Shown here one piece after another: positions 28,001 to 36,304 of a stretch of 64,000 nucleotides of DNA. The notes below the pieces were generated by a model, which saw nothing but the letters and a program-made list of their open reading frames with translations, was not told the origin of the DNA and made no database searches. Every line of letters begins with the position of its first letter. Position 1 is the first letter of the stretch. Source of the DNA: a virus (Duplodnaviria > Caudoviricetes); IMG/VR virus record IMGVR_UViG_2795386107_000001, positions 1-64,000 of that record; one strand, given 5' to 3'. Both the position numbers and the translations under genes were made by a program.

Positions 28001-29034
28001 TGGCCCATGTTGGCCAGGCCGTCGACCAGGTTGCCGACGACGCGGGAGTTCGTGCCCGCGATCGTCTTGAAGTCCTTGCGGAAGACGCCGGACTTCATGG
28101 CCTTGGCGGCGCGGTCGGCGAGGGAGCCCATCTGTGAGGCGGAGTCGCCGAGGGCGTCCTTCAGCAGGGGAAGGACTGACTTCGCCAGGGGCTTGATGTC
28201 CCCGGAGATCTTGGAGAAGAACCGCTCACTGATGCTCTTGCGGACCTTGCTCCACGCGCCGGAGAGGGACGAGACCTCGGTGACGGTCTCGCGGGCCGAC
28301 TGCGACAACTTGCCGAGGGCCTGGTCGAGCTTCTGCTGTTCGGCCTTGGTGACCTTGGTCCCAGCGGCATGCTGCTGCTGGATCTTCAGCGTCTCCTTGA
28401 GCGCGTCGCCGAAGCCGGAGAAAGCGATCTTCGTGCCGATGGCGGCGGTGCCCGCCGCGGCGATCAGCCCGGGTATCGCGCCGAGGACACCGACCGCGGG
28501 CGCGGCCGCCGAGACCAGGGCGGTGAGTCCGGCGCCGTACTGGCCGATGAGGGCGACCGCGGGCTCCAGCAGGGAGAGGAGTCCGCCGATGAGGAGCCCG
28601 CGGCCGCGGGGCATCTTCGCCCGTATCGGGACGTTGACCGGGCGGCGGTCTGCCTCATCCTGGGCGCCGGTGATGAGGTTACGGAGCCCGCTGAGGAGAC
28701 CGCCGCCGCGGCGGCCGCCGTTGTCGCCGTCGCCGTCCGGTCTGACGGGAAGGTTCAGGTCGAGGTCGTCGATACTGCGGCGGATGCCGTCGAGTTCACT
28801 GCGGAACCGCTCCTCGTCGACCTTGACCTTGACCTTGGCGGTGACGCCCTTGGACGCCTCCTCCGCGGCCTTCTTGAGCTGCTTGCGGAGCCCCTTTGCG
28901 TTGACCTCGACCTTGATCTTGGCGGCCAGGCCCTCGGCGGCCACCTCGACTTCGCTGCGCAGCTTCGCCGCGAAACCCGCAAGGTCGGCAACGACCGGCA
29001 CGTCGAGGCGGCCGGCCTGCAGGCCCTCAGCCAC
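25003..29034 (-). CDS. Tape measure protein
   Basis: 1343 aa, Ala/Gly/Leu-rich helical, central hydrophobic region, C-terminal WAEPETGGEAYIPL motif. Confidence 0.93.
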   Translation of the reverse strand: MAEGLQAGRLDVPVVADLAGFAAKLRSEVEVAAEGLAAKIKVEVNAKGLRKQLKKAAEEASKGVTAKVKVKVDEERFRSELDGIRRSIDDLDLNLPVRPDGDGDNGGRRGGGLLSGLRNLITGAQDEADRRPVNVPIRAKMPRGRGLLIGGLLSLLEPAVALIGQYGAGLTALVSAAAPAVGVLGAIPGLIAAAGTAAIGTKIAFSGFGDALKETLKIQQQHAAGTKVTKAEQQKLDQALGKLSQSARETVTEVSSLSGAWSKVRKSISERFFSKISGDIKPLAKSVLPLLKDALGDSASQMGSLADRAAKAMKSGVFRKDFKTIAGTNSRVVGNLVDGLANMGHATTDFLVASGPFVERVAQGGKRLTQWFRASVQAGRETGSLAKFLDHAGDKAAQLGRTTGSLIRGLGGVGRAAMDTGNAMLDGLEGSMKRFERYANSGAGQKAMKQLFSDAAPTFHEVNLLFGDLMRGLGRSMKDGGITDLVRQIRLELMPALGTFFSSLGQTVGPALISVISNIATAIGNLSAAGSGLGVLLVTFNGLLQIFNGIMGVIPGANSALAIFLGTMLALKVVSGVATMLRGFGTSVVAAGTSVRTLNTTLRGTATASGTSLSLWGRMSGVYSRVSQQGGRLTGTLRGIGAANKVAVRALGGITGALGGPLGIAITAATIGLGWLASKQEAAARAAEAHEEQVENLAQALAQSNGEVDANVRAQAAAYLYDVKLADGKGKLVDVLRDAGVSLKDVTNAYLDQGGSVDDLQKKLTTLADATKYYKSYAADKASELVYTEQGEKYKAAADALGDMNGTLKETRKRQQELADATNGSTSTGTTAYDRLQTAVQGFSDKTKSADERTDALKRALDALNGNTQSFHDAEAQLNNVMLQIDDTMKSNIDHADGWGKALVGNDHLVDTSTKNGQTLNSQLTELRDNMLAVATKAQEAGEQGLMPMSDAMDKGQAAMEKARKKALELARDMGIPKDQAKALVDQMGFVPDTITTLVTAKGIPEATAEVLALRGKLESIPPGKGIQINAPTVAAREQLEALGFTVQRIPGSKKVTVSAPTGGARVNIAALAQDIANAPDKKKVTVQAIIQKAAGDLKNVQQKVAGLPKGKSIEVKTPTAVAQKALKDLGYKIQNVDGKGGKTVRITAPTKSPLANVQRIQTAINNLTGKTVHVTVQYSESGKPSVVRTHADGGIVRYANGGIRRAMDSVRAFAAGAENHIAQIGKPGEWRLWAEPETGGEAYIPLAPSKRKRSEAILERVAEMFGGRVIYFANGAMRQYAQGGVRTRATTVRQRTAAAQAAGSLVGGDLNLNIGAVASTGTALEDAMFELRRIRLGGGGNA

Positions 29035-29470
29035 TGCGGACCATTCCTCTCTGCATGGCGGCCATGAGCATCTGGCGGTGGCCGGTCATGCGGGGCGCCG
29101 GCGGCTCCGGTTCGGGCTGCGGCTGCTGCGGCGGGGGGCCGGAGCGGCTGTGCTTCGCTGTGGTGGAGCGCGGCGGGCGAACGATGGTGGTCGGCTCCTC
29201 ACGCCGCTTGTCTGCGGCGAGGAGTCCGATCTCCTCGACGATCAGCGCCAGTAGCTCCAGGACGCGGTTCCAGCCCCCGAGGGGGCGTGAGCGGACCTGG
29301 GAGTCGTCTGGCAGACCGTCGACGAGGGAGATCAGCCGTCGGAGGCCGATGAATCCGGGCTGTCCTGGTCGGAGCCAGACGCGTCGGGCGTCGATTCCGT
29401 GGAAGCGGGAGAGGTCGGATTCGACGTCTGCGAATCGTTCGCGGAGGAGTCGTCCGACCTGAAAAGTTTC
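29027..29470 (-). CDS. Tail assembly chaperone, -1 frameshifted extension (gpGT-like)
   Basis: -1 frame open from GGGGAAACTTTTCAG to TGA at 29027, reading ...RERFADVESDLSRFHGIDARRVW...; not in the ORF track. Confidence 0.75.
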   Translation of the reverse strand, partial: ETFQVGRLLRERFADVESDLSRFHGIDARRVWLRPGQPGFIGLRRLISLVDGLPDDSQVRSRPLGGWNRVLELLALIVEEIGLLAADKRREEPTTIVRPPRSTTAKHSRSGPPPQQPQPEPEPPAPRMTGHRQMLMAAMQRGMVRSG

Positions 29471-29856
29471 CCCAGCTCAACCCCGTAGACCTGGATCAGG
29501 GCGATCGTCAGGCGGACGTAGTCGCCGATGAACGGGCGTGCCTTCAGGAAGTCCTCGTGCTGGTCGCCGAGCAGGATCGCGTACGTCTGGCGTACGGCCT
29601 CCAGGAACTTGAGCGGCAGGGACGGGCGGCGGAAGAGGGCGTTGACGACCTCCTTCACGCCGGCGTCGCCGTCGGAGGACTCGAGGACCTCGCCAAGGAG
29701 GCCAATCAGGTCCAGTTCCTCGGACAGGATCGGGTCAAGGGCGTCGGCCGGTAGCTCCGCCGGGAAGATGAACTGCTCTCCGCCGAACAGGACCGGGATG
29801 CCGTCGGGGTGCTGAACCTCGCGGCGTTCGGCGTCCAGGTCGATGACGAACGACAT
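29332..29856 (-). CDS. Tail assembly chaperone (gpG-like)
   Basis: Between MTP and TMP; start MSFVIDLD with GAGG RBS. Confidence 0.8.
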   Translation of the reverse strand: MSFVIDLDAERREVQHPDGIPVLFGGEQFIFPAELPADALDPILSEELDLIGLLGEVLESSDGDAGVKEVVNALFRRPSLPLKFLEAVRQTYAILLGDQHEDFLKARPFIGDYVRLTIALIQVYGVELGKLFRSDDSSANDSQTSNPTSPASTESTPDASGSDQDSPDSSASDG

Positions 29857-29911
29857 GGGTGTGACCTCTCGTGTCTGCGTAGCTGAGTCGCGGTGGTGCG
29901 GCAGCGCGCGG

Positions 29912-29942
29912 ACAGTGGCAAGCCGTTGGGGCTTGTGTCGCG
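29912..29942 (-). promoter_or_regulatory. Late-type promoter motif
   Basis: CGCGACACAAG-N14-CACTGT. Confidence 0.7.
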
Positions 29943-29957
29943 CGCTGCCGCGAGGGG

Positions 29958-30548
29958 TCACGTCGCGGGCGCGAAGGCCGGGTCATCGGTGAGGACGTAC
30001 CAGGCGTCGAGGTCATCGCCGCCCTGGACCGCGAGCCTGAGCGGCAGCACGGCCTCCTTGGTCTTGGCGAGGTCCTTGGAGACGCCTTCCATCTGCATGC
30101 AGCGGGGGACGACGTAGCGGTAGTGCTTGCCGCCGTCGATGACCTCGATGACGGCCATCACCTCGGTGCGGGAACCGATGCGCGGCGGGGTGAACTTGTA
30201 GTGCGTTGCCGCCGGCGGCCCGGCGACGCTGATGGTGCTGATCTCGCCGCCGCCGTACACCGCGCGGAAGTTCTCGCCGGACCACTGCTGCAGGTCGACC
30301 TCGATAGTGGCCGCATCGGAGGTCTGGAACGTGCGGGTCGGGTACGAGGACTGGGCGGACTTGACCTGCTCGAAGTTCGGTTCGGAGTTGAACTTCAAGC
30401 TGTCCTCGGTGGTGAGACCGACGCTGCGCAGTGCGGCCGGCAGCGCCGCGGTGGCGTCGGCCGGCGCGGTCGTGCCGACGGGGGCCAGATAGACCCGGGT
30501 GATAGACGGAATGACGATCTGGTTGTTGTTGGTGGTCTCGCCTGCCAT
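29958..30548 (-). CDS. Major tail protein
   Basis: RVYLAPVGTTAP...VGLTTEDS pattern; position before chaperones. Confidence 0.85.
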   Translation of the reverse strand: MAGETTNNNQIVIPSITRVYLAPVGTTAPADATAALPAALRSVGLTTEDSLKFNSEPNFEQVKSAQSSYPTRTFQTSDAATIEVDLQQWSGENFRAVYGGGEISTISVAGPPAATHYKFTPPRIGSRTEVMAVIEVIDGGKHYRYVVPRCMQMEGVSKDLAKTKEAVLPLRLAVQGGDDLDAWYVLTDDPAFAPAT

Positions 30549-30587
30549 GACGGGGTTCTCCAAGGTGTCCGGTGCTAGGGCGCGGAC

Positions 30588-30618
30588 ACCTTGGAGAGCT
30601 GGGGTGGTTAACGTCGCG
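30588..30618 (-). promoter_or_regulatory. Late-type promoter motif before MTP, -10 inside a 14-bp inverted repeat
   Basis: CGCGACGTTAA-N14-CAAGGT; tctccaaggtgtcc/ggacaccttggaga at about 30557-30597. Confidence 0.7.
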
Positions 30619-30621
30619 TCG

Positions 30622-31047
30622 TCACGGGTGGAGGGTCACGGAGAGGTTCATCAGCCATCGGGGTTGGCCGTCGACGAGGGGCGACCAGACGAGGAGGCCG
30701 GAGGGCTTGACGCCGTTGATGACCGGCCGGCCGGGCGTGTGCGGCGCCTCGACGATGCCCTGCGCGACCTGGGCGCAGCGGACGAGGATGCGGCGTAGCT
30801 CCGCCCTTCCTGGCCAGCCGCCCGGGTCTCCGTGCACCTCGAGCGTCACCTCCGGCGCGGTGGCCCATCGCAGGTCGCGCAGGTCTCCGCCGGGGCCGTG
30901 GCCGATGACGAGGTGCGGCCAGGGTGCTTCAGGGATGCCGGACACGCGGCCGGGACCGCCGAGGGCGTCGGCGGCCTCATCGCTCTGTTGGAGCCAGGCC
31001 AGGAGCACGGAGACCGGGTCGGCGTCCGCGACGGTCAGCTCGGTCAT
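30622..31047 (-). CDS. Tail terminator/completion protein
   Basis: Size (141 aa) and position immediately before MTP. Confidence 0.7.
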   Translation of the reverse strand: MTELTVADADPVSVLLAWLQQSDEAADALGGPGRVSGIPEAPWPHLVIGHGPGGDLRDLRWATAPEVTLEVHGDPGGWPGRAELRRILVRCAQVAQGIVEAPHTPGRPVINGVKPSGLLVWSPLVDGQPRWLMNLSVTLHP

Positions 31048-31319
31048 CGTGAGCGGGCGGTGAAGCCCTGCCCGCGCAGGCGGTGGGCGTAGTCCGGGGA
31101 CACGTTGATCTCGGCACCGGGCGTGTAGTCGGCGCCGTCGATGCGCAGATGATGCGACAGGGTGACGGTCACCGGTTCCTGGCCTTCACCGAGGGGCGGG
31201 CCGACGACGGTCGGGGCGCGGCGGGCGCGCTCCGGGCGGGCCTCGGCGGTCTCGGTGACGGCCTCGGTGTTCTCCTCCGCCGCGGTGGCGGGCTTCTTGG
31301 TGGTGGTGTTCGTAGCCAT
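31044..31319 (-). CDS. Small hypothetical structural-module protein (likely leaderless)
   Basis: MATNTTTKK; ATG 7 nt after the promoter -10. Confidence 0.65.
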   Translation of the reverse strand: MATNTTTKKPATAAEENTEAVTETAEARPERARRAPTVVGPPLGEGQEPVTVTLSHHLRIDGADYTPGAEINVSPDYAHRLRGQGFTARSR

Positions 31320-31326
31320 GGCGCGC

Positions 31327-31356
31327 ACTGTGCGGACGGGGGCCGCTTGTGTCGCG
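31327..31356 (-). promoter_or_regulatory. Late-type promoter motif
   Basis: CGCGACACAAG-N13-CACAGT. Confidence 0.7.
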
Positions 31357-31359
31357 TCG

Positions 31360-31896
31360 TCAGCGGCGGGCGGCAACGATGGCGGCCGCACGGGACATGA
31401 AGTGTGTGCCGTCCGCTCGCAGGTTGCCCGGGTAGACGGTGCCGACCTCGGCCTCGACGACCATCGGGGCCTGCACGGACACGGTGACGGTGACCTTCTT
31501 CCCGGCCACGACCGGCTGTCCCGTATTGATGTGCCGGGCGATGCCCTCCGGGTCGCTGTGCGTGGTGCAGCGGCAGTTCTTGAGGTTGGCCACAGCGCGG
31601 GAGCTCTCGTCGCGGGGCTCCAGCATGTACGTCTGCGCACCCACGCCGCGGTGCTTGATGTCCCACTCCATGGAGTTGATCGAGAAGCGCAGGTTCCCGG
31701 GGACTTCCTGCCCCTGCGCCGCGACGTGGGTCGGGCGGACCTTGTCGTCGCCGACGGTCACCCATCGCTTGGTGGGCGGGGCCAGCCGCTTCGCCTCGAT
31801 CTCGACCTGGTGCGCGATGCGCTGCATTGCCGGGGCGATCATGCGGGCCAGGGCCTCCTCGAGCCCCTGGTTCGGCGTGAACTTGGCGCCGGCCAT
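31360..31896 (-). CDS. Neck protein (HK97 gp10-like) with MuF-like insert
   Basis: EAKRLAP...VEAEVGT frame with inserted KRWVTVGDDKVRPTH...NCRC. Confidence 0.65.
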   Translation of the reverse strand: MAGAKFTPNQGLEEALARMIAPAMQRIAHQVEIEAKRLAPPTKRWVTVGDDKVRPTHVAAQGQEVPGNLRFSINSMEWDIKHRGVGAQTYMLEPRDESSRAVANLKNCRCTTHSDPEGIARHINTGQPVVAGKKVTVTVSVQAPMVVEAEVGTVYPGNLRADGTHFMSRAAAIVAARR

Positions 31897-32231
31897 CACA
31901 GCACCTCGGGCGGGTTCAGGGTCGCGGCGGCCTGGACGTAGTCCACATCCGGGCAGCCGGGCACCTTGTGGTTGCGGGGGGTGCCTGTCAGCGTCCAGGA
32001 CCGGCCAGTCTCGTCGCTGATGGTGTCGCCCTCCTTGACGGGCCATGCCTGCGGGTCGAGCCGTACCGTCCATGAGCCGTCGTCCTGTCGGAGGACGGAC
32101 CCGGGCCAGGTGCCGCGGGGGGCGGGCTTCTGGTTCGGGTTTGGGGGGACGGGCACACCGTTGGCGTCCCGGCCCCAGGGATGGGCGAGGACGTACACGG
32201 TCAGCAGGGCGTTCGGGAGGACGACGGCCAT
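31896..32231 (-). CDS. Head-tail adaptor / head closure protein
   Basis: 111 aa, position in neck module, overlap with next gene. Confidence 0.65.
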   Translation of the reverse strand: MAVVLPNALLTVYVLAHPWGRDANGVPVPPNPNQKPAPRGTWPGSVLRQDDGSWTVRLDPQAWPVKEGDTISDETGRSWTLTGTPRNHKVPGCPDVDYVQAAATLNPPEVL

Positions 32232-32232
32232 G

Positions 32233-32868
32233 TCAGCCTGCCCCGGAGACGACGAGGGCCTTGGAGACGCCCAGCTTGACCGCGGTGACGTACGCCGTGA
32301 ACGCCGCGGTGGTGTTCTTGCGGTTGGCCCGGGTCATGTCGCCGTTGAGGAAGAATGCCGCGCGCTGGGCCGTGCTGATCTCGAGCTGGACGCCCTTGCC
32401 GCGGCTGTTCCGGTTGCAGATGTTCGTGGGGTCGTTGCCGTTCAGCTCCTCGGTGGCGAGCTGCACGGTGAACCCGGCGTCCTTGAGGCACTGGCCGATC
32501 TGGTCGCGGAGGTTGAAGTCCATCCCGCCCAGGTACGTGAACGCCGTGGCGCCCGTCGCGCCGTGCCACGACACGATATGCGTGGCGGCCTGCGCCATCG
32601 CGAGGGCCTGCGGCTCGTCATACCGGGTCGACGTGATGTGCAAGTCCCCGTTGGAACCGGCGGGCTTGAAGGCGTCGAGGCTGTAGAAGTCGTGGATGTC
32701 GGCTGCGGCCGCATCGGCGAGTTCGGTTGTGCCGGTCTCGATCCCGCCCCCGTGGATGGCCAGGTGCAGCAAGGTCGAGACCTCGGAGACGCGCCAGATC
32801 CGTTGGTAGTCGATGCCCTCGATCTGGCAGCCGGCCATCTCACCGTAGGACTGGTAGAGGTCGCCCAT
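32233..32868 (-). CDS. Poly-gamma-glutamate hydrolase family protein (DUF867/PghP-like)
   Basis: AIHGGGIETGTTELA, LHITSTRYDEP, SWHG, NICN, GVQLEIS. Confidence 0.88.
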   Translation of the reverse strand: MGDLYQSYGEMAGCQIEGIDYQRIWRVSEVSTLLHLAIHGGGIETGTTELADAAAADIHDFYSLDAFKPAGSNGDLHITSTRYDEPQALAMAQAATHIVSWHGATGATAFTYLGGMDFNLRDQIGQCLKDAGFTVQLATEELNGNDPTNICNRNSRGKGVQLEISTAQRAAFFLNGDMTRANRKNTTAAFTAYVTAVKLGVSKALVVSGAG

Positions 32869-32888
32869 CGGGCTCGCTCCTTTCGGGT

Positions 32889-33752
32889 TCAGCGGTAGTA
32901 GCGGCCACGGGATGAGGAGTACGGCCAGGGTGGGCGCGGCGGGCGGTTGAGTGGCTGGTAGAGGCGGCGGCGTAGCCGGTTCAGGGTTGCCAGCGCGGGC
33001 AGCGCCCCGGCCTGCCCCTCGGTGGGAGCGGCTTCGTAGGAGATCGACTGCCCCTCGGCGCTCACGGAGGACACCCGGCGCCCTGAGTTGCCCACGCCGC
33101 CGGGTCGCTGCCGCTCGGACTCCGCGGCGTGCGCGGTGACGTAGCGGACGATGGTCTCCTCGGTGGCGCCGTTGAGACCGACCAGGAAGTCGACGTCGTA
33201 GGTGCCATCCGCGTGCGGCCGGTAGGCGATGACTCGAACGGTGTCGTCCTGGTCGGGCAGAGGCCAGGAGTCGGCGTCGTCCAGGTCGCCGGTGAAGAAC
33301 GGCGTGACGGCGCGCAGAGTGATGGCCTTCGGCACGACCGGACGGTTGAGGTAACCCACCACGTCGGCCTGTGCGTTGCGGATGGCTGTCTCGAGCGCAC
33401 TGCGCTGCTCGGCCGTGATCGGGAGCGGTACGCCGAGTGCATCGGCGACGGCTTCCGGGGAAGCGACGAGGCCCATGCCCATGGGCAGGTCGAGGCGCAC
33501 GCTGGTGTCCTTGACCGGCTGGACCCCGTCGCTCGGGGTGAAGGTGACCATGCCCCAGTAGCGGCCGGCCGGTACCTCGGGCAGGTCGAACCGGTACACC
33601 CCGGGGCGTAGCCGGGTGACCGTGGTCGCCGCGGCGACTACCGGGCCGCTGCGGTCGGCCGTGCCGTACAGGTCCAGGCGGCTGACTGCGCCGCCGGCCG
33701 GCTCGGGGTCGTAGTGCGCCCCGCCGTACATGGGTTCATAGTCGAAGACCAC
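32889..33752 (-). CDS. Head-tail connector with extra N-terminal domain
   Basis: LVASPEAVADALG...AQADVVGYLNR...VSSVSAEGQSISY adaptor-like motifs. Confidence 0.65.
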   Translation of the reverse strand: MVFDYEPMYGGAHYDPEPAGGAVSRLDLYGTADRSGPVVAAATTVTRLRPGVYRFDLPEVPAGRYWGMVTFTPSDGVQPVKDTSVRLDLPMGMGLVASPEAVADALGVPLPITAEQRSALETAIRNAQADVVGYLNRPVVPKAITLRAVTPFFTGDLDDADSWPLPDQDDTVRVIAYRPHADGTYDVDFLVGLNGATEETIVRYVTAHAAESERQRPGGVGNSGRRVSSVSAEGQSISYEAAPTEGQAGALPALATLNRLRRRLYQPLNRPPRPPWPYSSSRGRYYR

Positions 33753-33763
33753 CCCGGGCCCCC

Positions 33764-34318
33764 TTACTTCTCGTCGCTGTCCGCGTCGGTCTGGGCGGCG
33801 AGCTGTTCGGCCTGTGCTACCAGGCGCTCACGGATGCGGGCCGCGATGCTCTCGGAGACGTGGGCGCCCTTGGGCTGCAGCAGGCGCTCGACGGGGCTGC
33901 GGTGCGGTCCGAGGAACGTGCGCTCGATGAGGCGGACCGTGCACGTGAGGGTGGAGCCGTACGGGGTGACGGGCTGGAAGACGGCGTCGACGTCGGCCGG
34001 GGGCTTCTTGGTGGCGTCGTCGAGGATGACCTCGGCGATGTCGTCGGGGATGACCTCGGTCGGGGAGACGTAGCCGGTGTCCGCCGGGGGCTCGGGCGCC
34101 TCATGGACGGTCGGCGGTTCGAGCGGGGCCACGTCGGGCGCCTTGGGGGTGGCGTCGGCCGTGGGCGTCTCCTCGGCGGCCGCGGTGGTGGCGGTCTCCT
34201 GCGGGCTGGAGTCGCCCGTGGGCTCCGCGGATGTCTGCGCGGTCTCGGCGACGGTGGCGTCGCCGGTCTCGGCGGTCTTCGCGGTGGGGGTCTTGCGGGT
34301 TCGGGTGGTGCCTGCCAT
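33764..34318 (-). CDS. Hypothetical head-module protein (low-complexity N-terminus)
   Basis: MAGTTRTRK start with GGGAG RBS. Confidence 0.7.
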   Translation of the reverse strand: MAGTTRTRKTPTAKTAETGDATVAETAQTSAEPTGDSSPQETATTAAAEETPTADATPKAPDVAPLEPPTVHEAPEPPADTGYVSPTEVIPDDIAEVILDDATKKPPADVDAVFQPVTPYGSTLTCTVRLIERTFLGPHRSPVERLLQPKGAHVSESIAARIRERLVAQAEQLAAQTDADSDEK

Positions 34319-34357
34319 GGGTGGCTCCCTCTCGGGGTGGTGTTCCGGTCGGCGCGC

Positions 34358-34388
34358 ACCCTGCACACCGGGCGGCGCTTGTGTCGCG
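34358..34388 (-). promoter_or_regulatory. Late-type promoter motif
   Basis: CGCGACACAAG-N14-CAGGGT. Confidence 0.7.
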
Positions 34389-34429
34389 TCCTGCCGCTGG
34401 AGGACGGCGCGCGGACGTACGGTGACACC

Positions 34430-34461
34430 GGACGGCCCCCTGCCCGAGCTGGGGGCCGTCC
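34430..34461 (-). terminator. Hairpin terminator
   Basis: ggacggccccc-N10-gggggccgtcc just after the 34474 stop. Confidence 0.65.
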
Positions 34462-34473
34462 TGGCGTCTGGGC

Positions 34474-34935
34474 TCAGGCGTAGGTGAAGCCGTTGGTCTT
34501 GGTGACGTTGCCGGCGTCGTCGACGAGGACGACGTTCACCGCCCCGGCAGCGCCCGCGGGCGTCTTGACGCGCAGCTCCGTCGCGGAGACGACGTCGAGC
34601 GACGTCCCGGCGGTGGCACCGAAGTTCACCGCGGACACACCGTCGAGACCGGTGCCGGTGATGGTGACCGTGGTTCCGCCCGCGGCCGGGCCGGTGGACG
34701 GCGTGACCGTGGCGATGGTCGCCGCGGTGAACAGCCGGTCGACCACGGACTGCGGGACGACGTCCCCGGGCTGGTAGAGCAGGTGGCGCCGGGAGCCCTC
34801 GGGGCGGCCGTCGCCGCGGCCGTACGGCTCGGTCTGGTAGACGTTCTCGGTGATGCGCATGGGCGGGTCGGAGACGGCGACGGCGGGGAATGCCGCCTTC
34901 GTGATCCGCTGCCCGCTCTCTCGGTAGAGGCCCAT
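34474..34935 (-). CDS. IPT/TIG (Ig-like) domain protein, possible capsid decoration
   Basis: VTPSTGPAAGGTTVTITGTGL...VNFG...FTY. Confidence 0.85.
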   Translation of the reverse strand: MGLYRESGQRITKAAFPAVAVSDPPMRITENVYQTEPYGRGDGRPEGSRRHLLYQPGDVVPQSVVDRLFTAATIATVTPSTGPAAGGTTVTITGTGLDGVSAVNFGATAGTSLDVVSATELRVKTPAGAAGAVNVVLVDDAGNVTKTNGFTYA

Positions 34936-34974
34936 CGGTGTCCTTCCGCTGCTTCCGTGTGTGGTGGCCGCGGA

Positions 34975-35005
34975 AGGATGAGACACGGGTCAGGCTTGCG
35001 TCGTG
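34975..35005 (-). promoter_or_regulatory. Late-type promoter motif
   Basis: CACGACGCAAG-N14-CATCCT. Confidence 0.6.
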
Positions 35006-35021
35006 CCCTGGGTTCGGAGGC

Positions 35022-35051
35022 GCTTGCACAATTGTGCAAGAACGATCTTGG
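35022..35051. repeat. 30-bp element with 18-bp perfect palindrome, copy A
   Basis: gcttgcacaattgtgcaagaacgatcttgg; exact inverted copy at 41315-41344. Confidence 0.9.
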
Positions 35052-35056
35052 ACGCC

Positions 35057-36304
35057 CTACAGGAGCCGAAGGTCGTCCCAGCCGTCCGGGCCGACACTGA
35101 ACACCAGAAGGCCGGCCGCGGAGACTTCGCCGCTGCGGGCGGTGTACCAGTCGGAGCCGTTGTCGAGGGTGGGGGCCTGAATCCACAAGCGGCCGTTGCC
35201 CACCTGCTGTGTCCGGAAGTGATGGAAGTGGCCGGTGATCAACACGTCCGCGTCCGCGATCGGCTGACGGCCGAACGTCTGGCCACGCCACCAGTCCACG
35301 GCCTTGTCCGGGCGCGGGTACTGGTGCCCGTGCGCCAGGCCCACGATCTTCCCGGCGACGTCCAGCGATACGGACTCCCGCCATCGCTCCGGCATGACGA
35401 AGCTGACGTGACCGTAGGCGTCCTCGTTGCGGGCGTAGGCGTCCGCGATCTGCGACAACACCTCTATGCCCCAGTCGTCGCTGGGCGGCCCAACTGCCTC
35501 ACGGCCGCGCCTGACACGCCCATGGTTGGAGCCGCACGTCGCGGCGACAACTCGGCCGAAGCGTCCGGCGAGACGGTCCAGGCCCTCAAAGGTGATCCGC
35601 CGGTGGACGCGGATCATCTCCGTCATGGCGAGGTCGTTGGTGTACGCCTGCTGCGCGGTGTTCTCGTAGTTCTCGACGCAGTCACCGGCGTCCATCCAGT
35701 ACGCGGCGGTGGGGCCACGACCGACGGCCTTGAGGTCGCGCAGGTGGTCGTCGAGCCGGTCGAACCGCTCAGCGACCCGGGCGACGAGTTCGGGGGTGCC
35801 GCCGTCCCTGCCGACCTTCCCGGCCTGTGCGTCGGCGTAGACGACGACCAGGGCGCGCTCCGCGGTGTCGAGGGCGGGCCGGGGCTTGCGGCGGCGGCGC
35901 ATAGCGTCACGTACGAGGGCGTCGACGTCGCCGGTGGACAGCCACGCTTGGGCGGCAGGCTCGATGACGTAGCGGCAGCGCCAGACGGCGCGGGTTACGG
36001 CGTCTTCGCCCTGGGCGTCGCGGTGCCATGCGGCCGGGTCGTGCCGGGCTTCAACGAGGCGGACGCGGAACCCTTCGGGGATGGCGAGGCCCATCTCCTC
36101 GACGCGCTCGCGCCAGTCCGCTTCGCCGGCGGGCGGTGTCTCGGCGGGCGGGGCGGTGACGACCATCGTGCCGCCCGGCTCGTACCGCACTCCGCTTTCC
36201 CAGCCGCGAGGGGCGGTGGGCTGTGTCCGCTGCACCTGAGTGGCGTGGCTCTGCTCAGGGGAGGCAGGTTCGAGCAGCGCCTGCAGGTCGTTGTTCAGGG
36301 TCAT
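35057..36304 (-). CDS. Calcineurin-like metallophosphoesterase
   Basis: ADAQ, GDCVE, GSNHG, AHGH, GHFH motifs; ATGA overlap with upstream gene. Confidence 0.85.
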   Translation of the reverse strand: MTLNNDLQALLEPASPEQSHATQVQRTQPTAPRGWESGVRYEPGGTMVVTAPPAETPPAGEADWRERVEEMGLAIPEGFRVRLVEARHDPAAWHRDAQGEDAVTRAVWRCRYVIEPAAQAWLSTGDVDALVRDAMRRRRKPRPALDTAERALVVVYADAQAGKVGRDGGTPELVARVAERFDRLDDHLRDLKAVGRGPTAAYWMDAGDCVENYENTAQQAYTNDLAMTEMIRVHRRITFEGLDRLAGRFGRVVAATCGSNHGRVRRGREAVGPPSDDWGIEVLSQIADAYARNEDAYGHVSFVMPERWRESVSLDVAGKIVGLAHGHQYPRPDKAVDWWRGQTFGRQPIADADVLITGHFHHFRTQQVGNGRLWIQAPTLDNGSDWYTARSGEVSAAGLLVFSVGPDGWDDLRLL

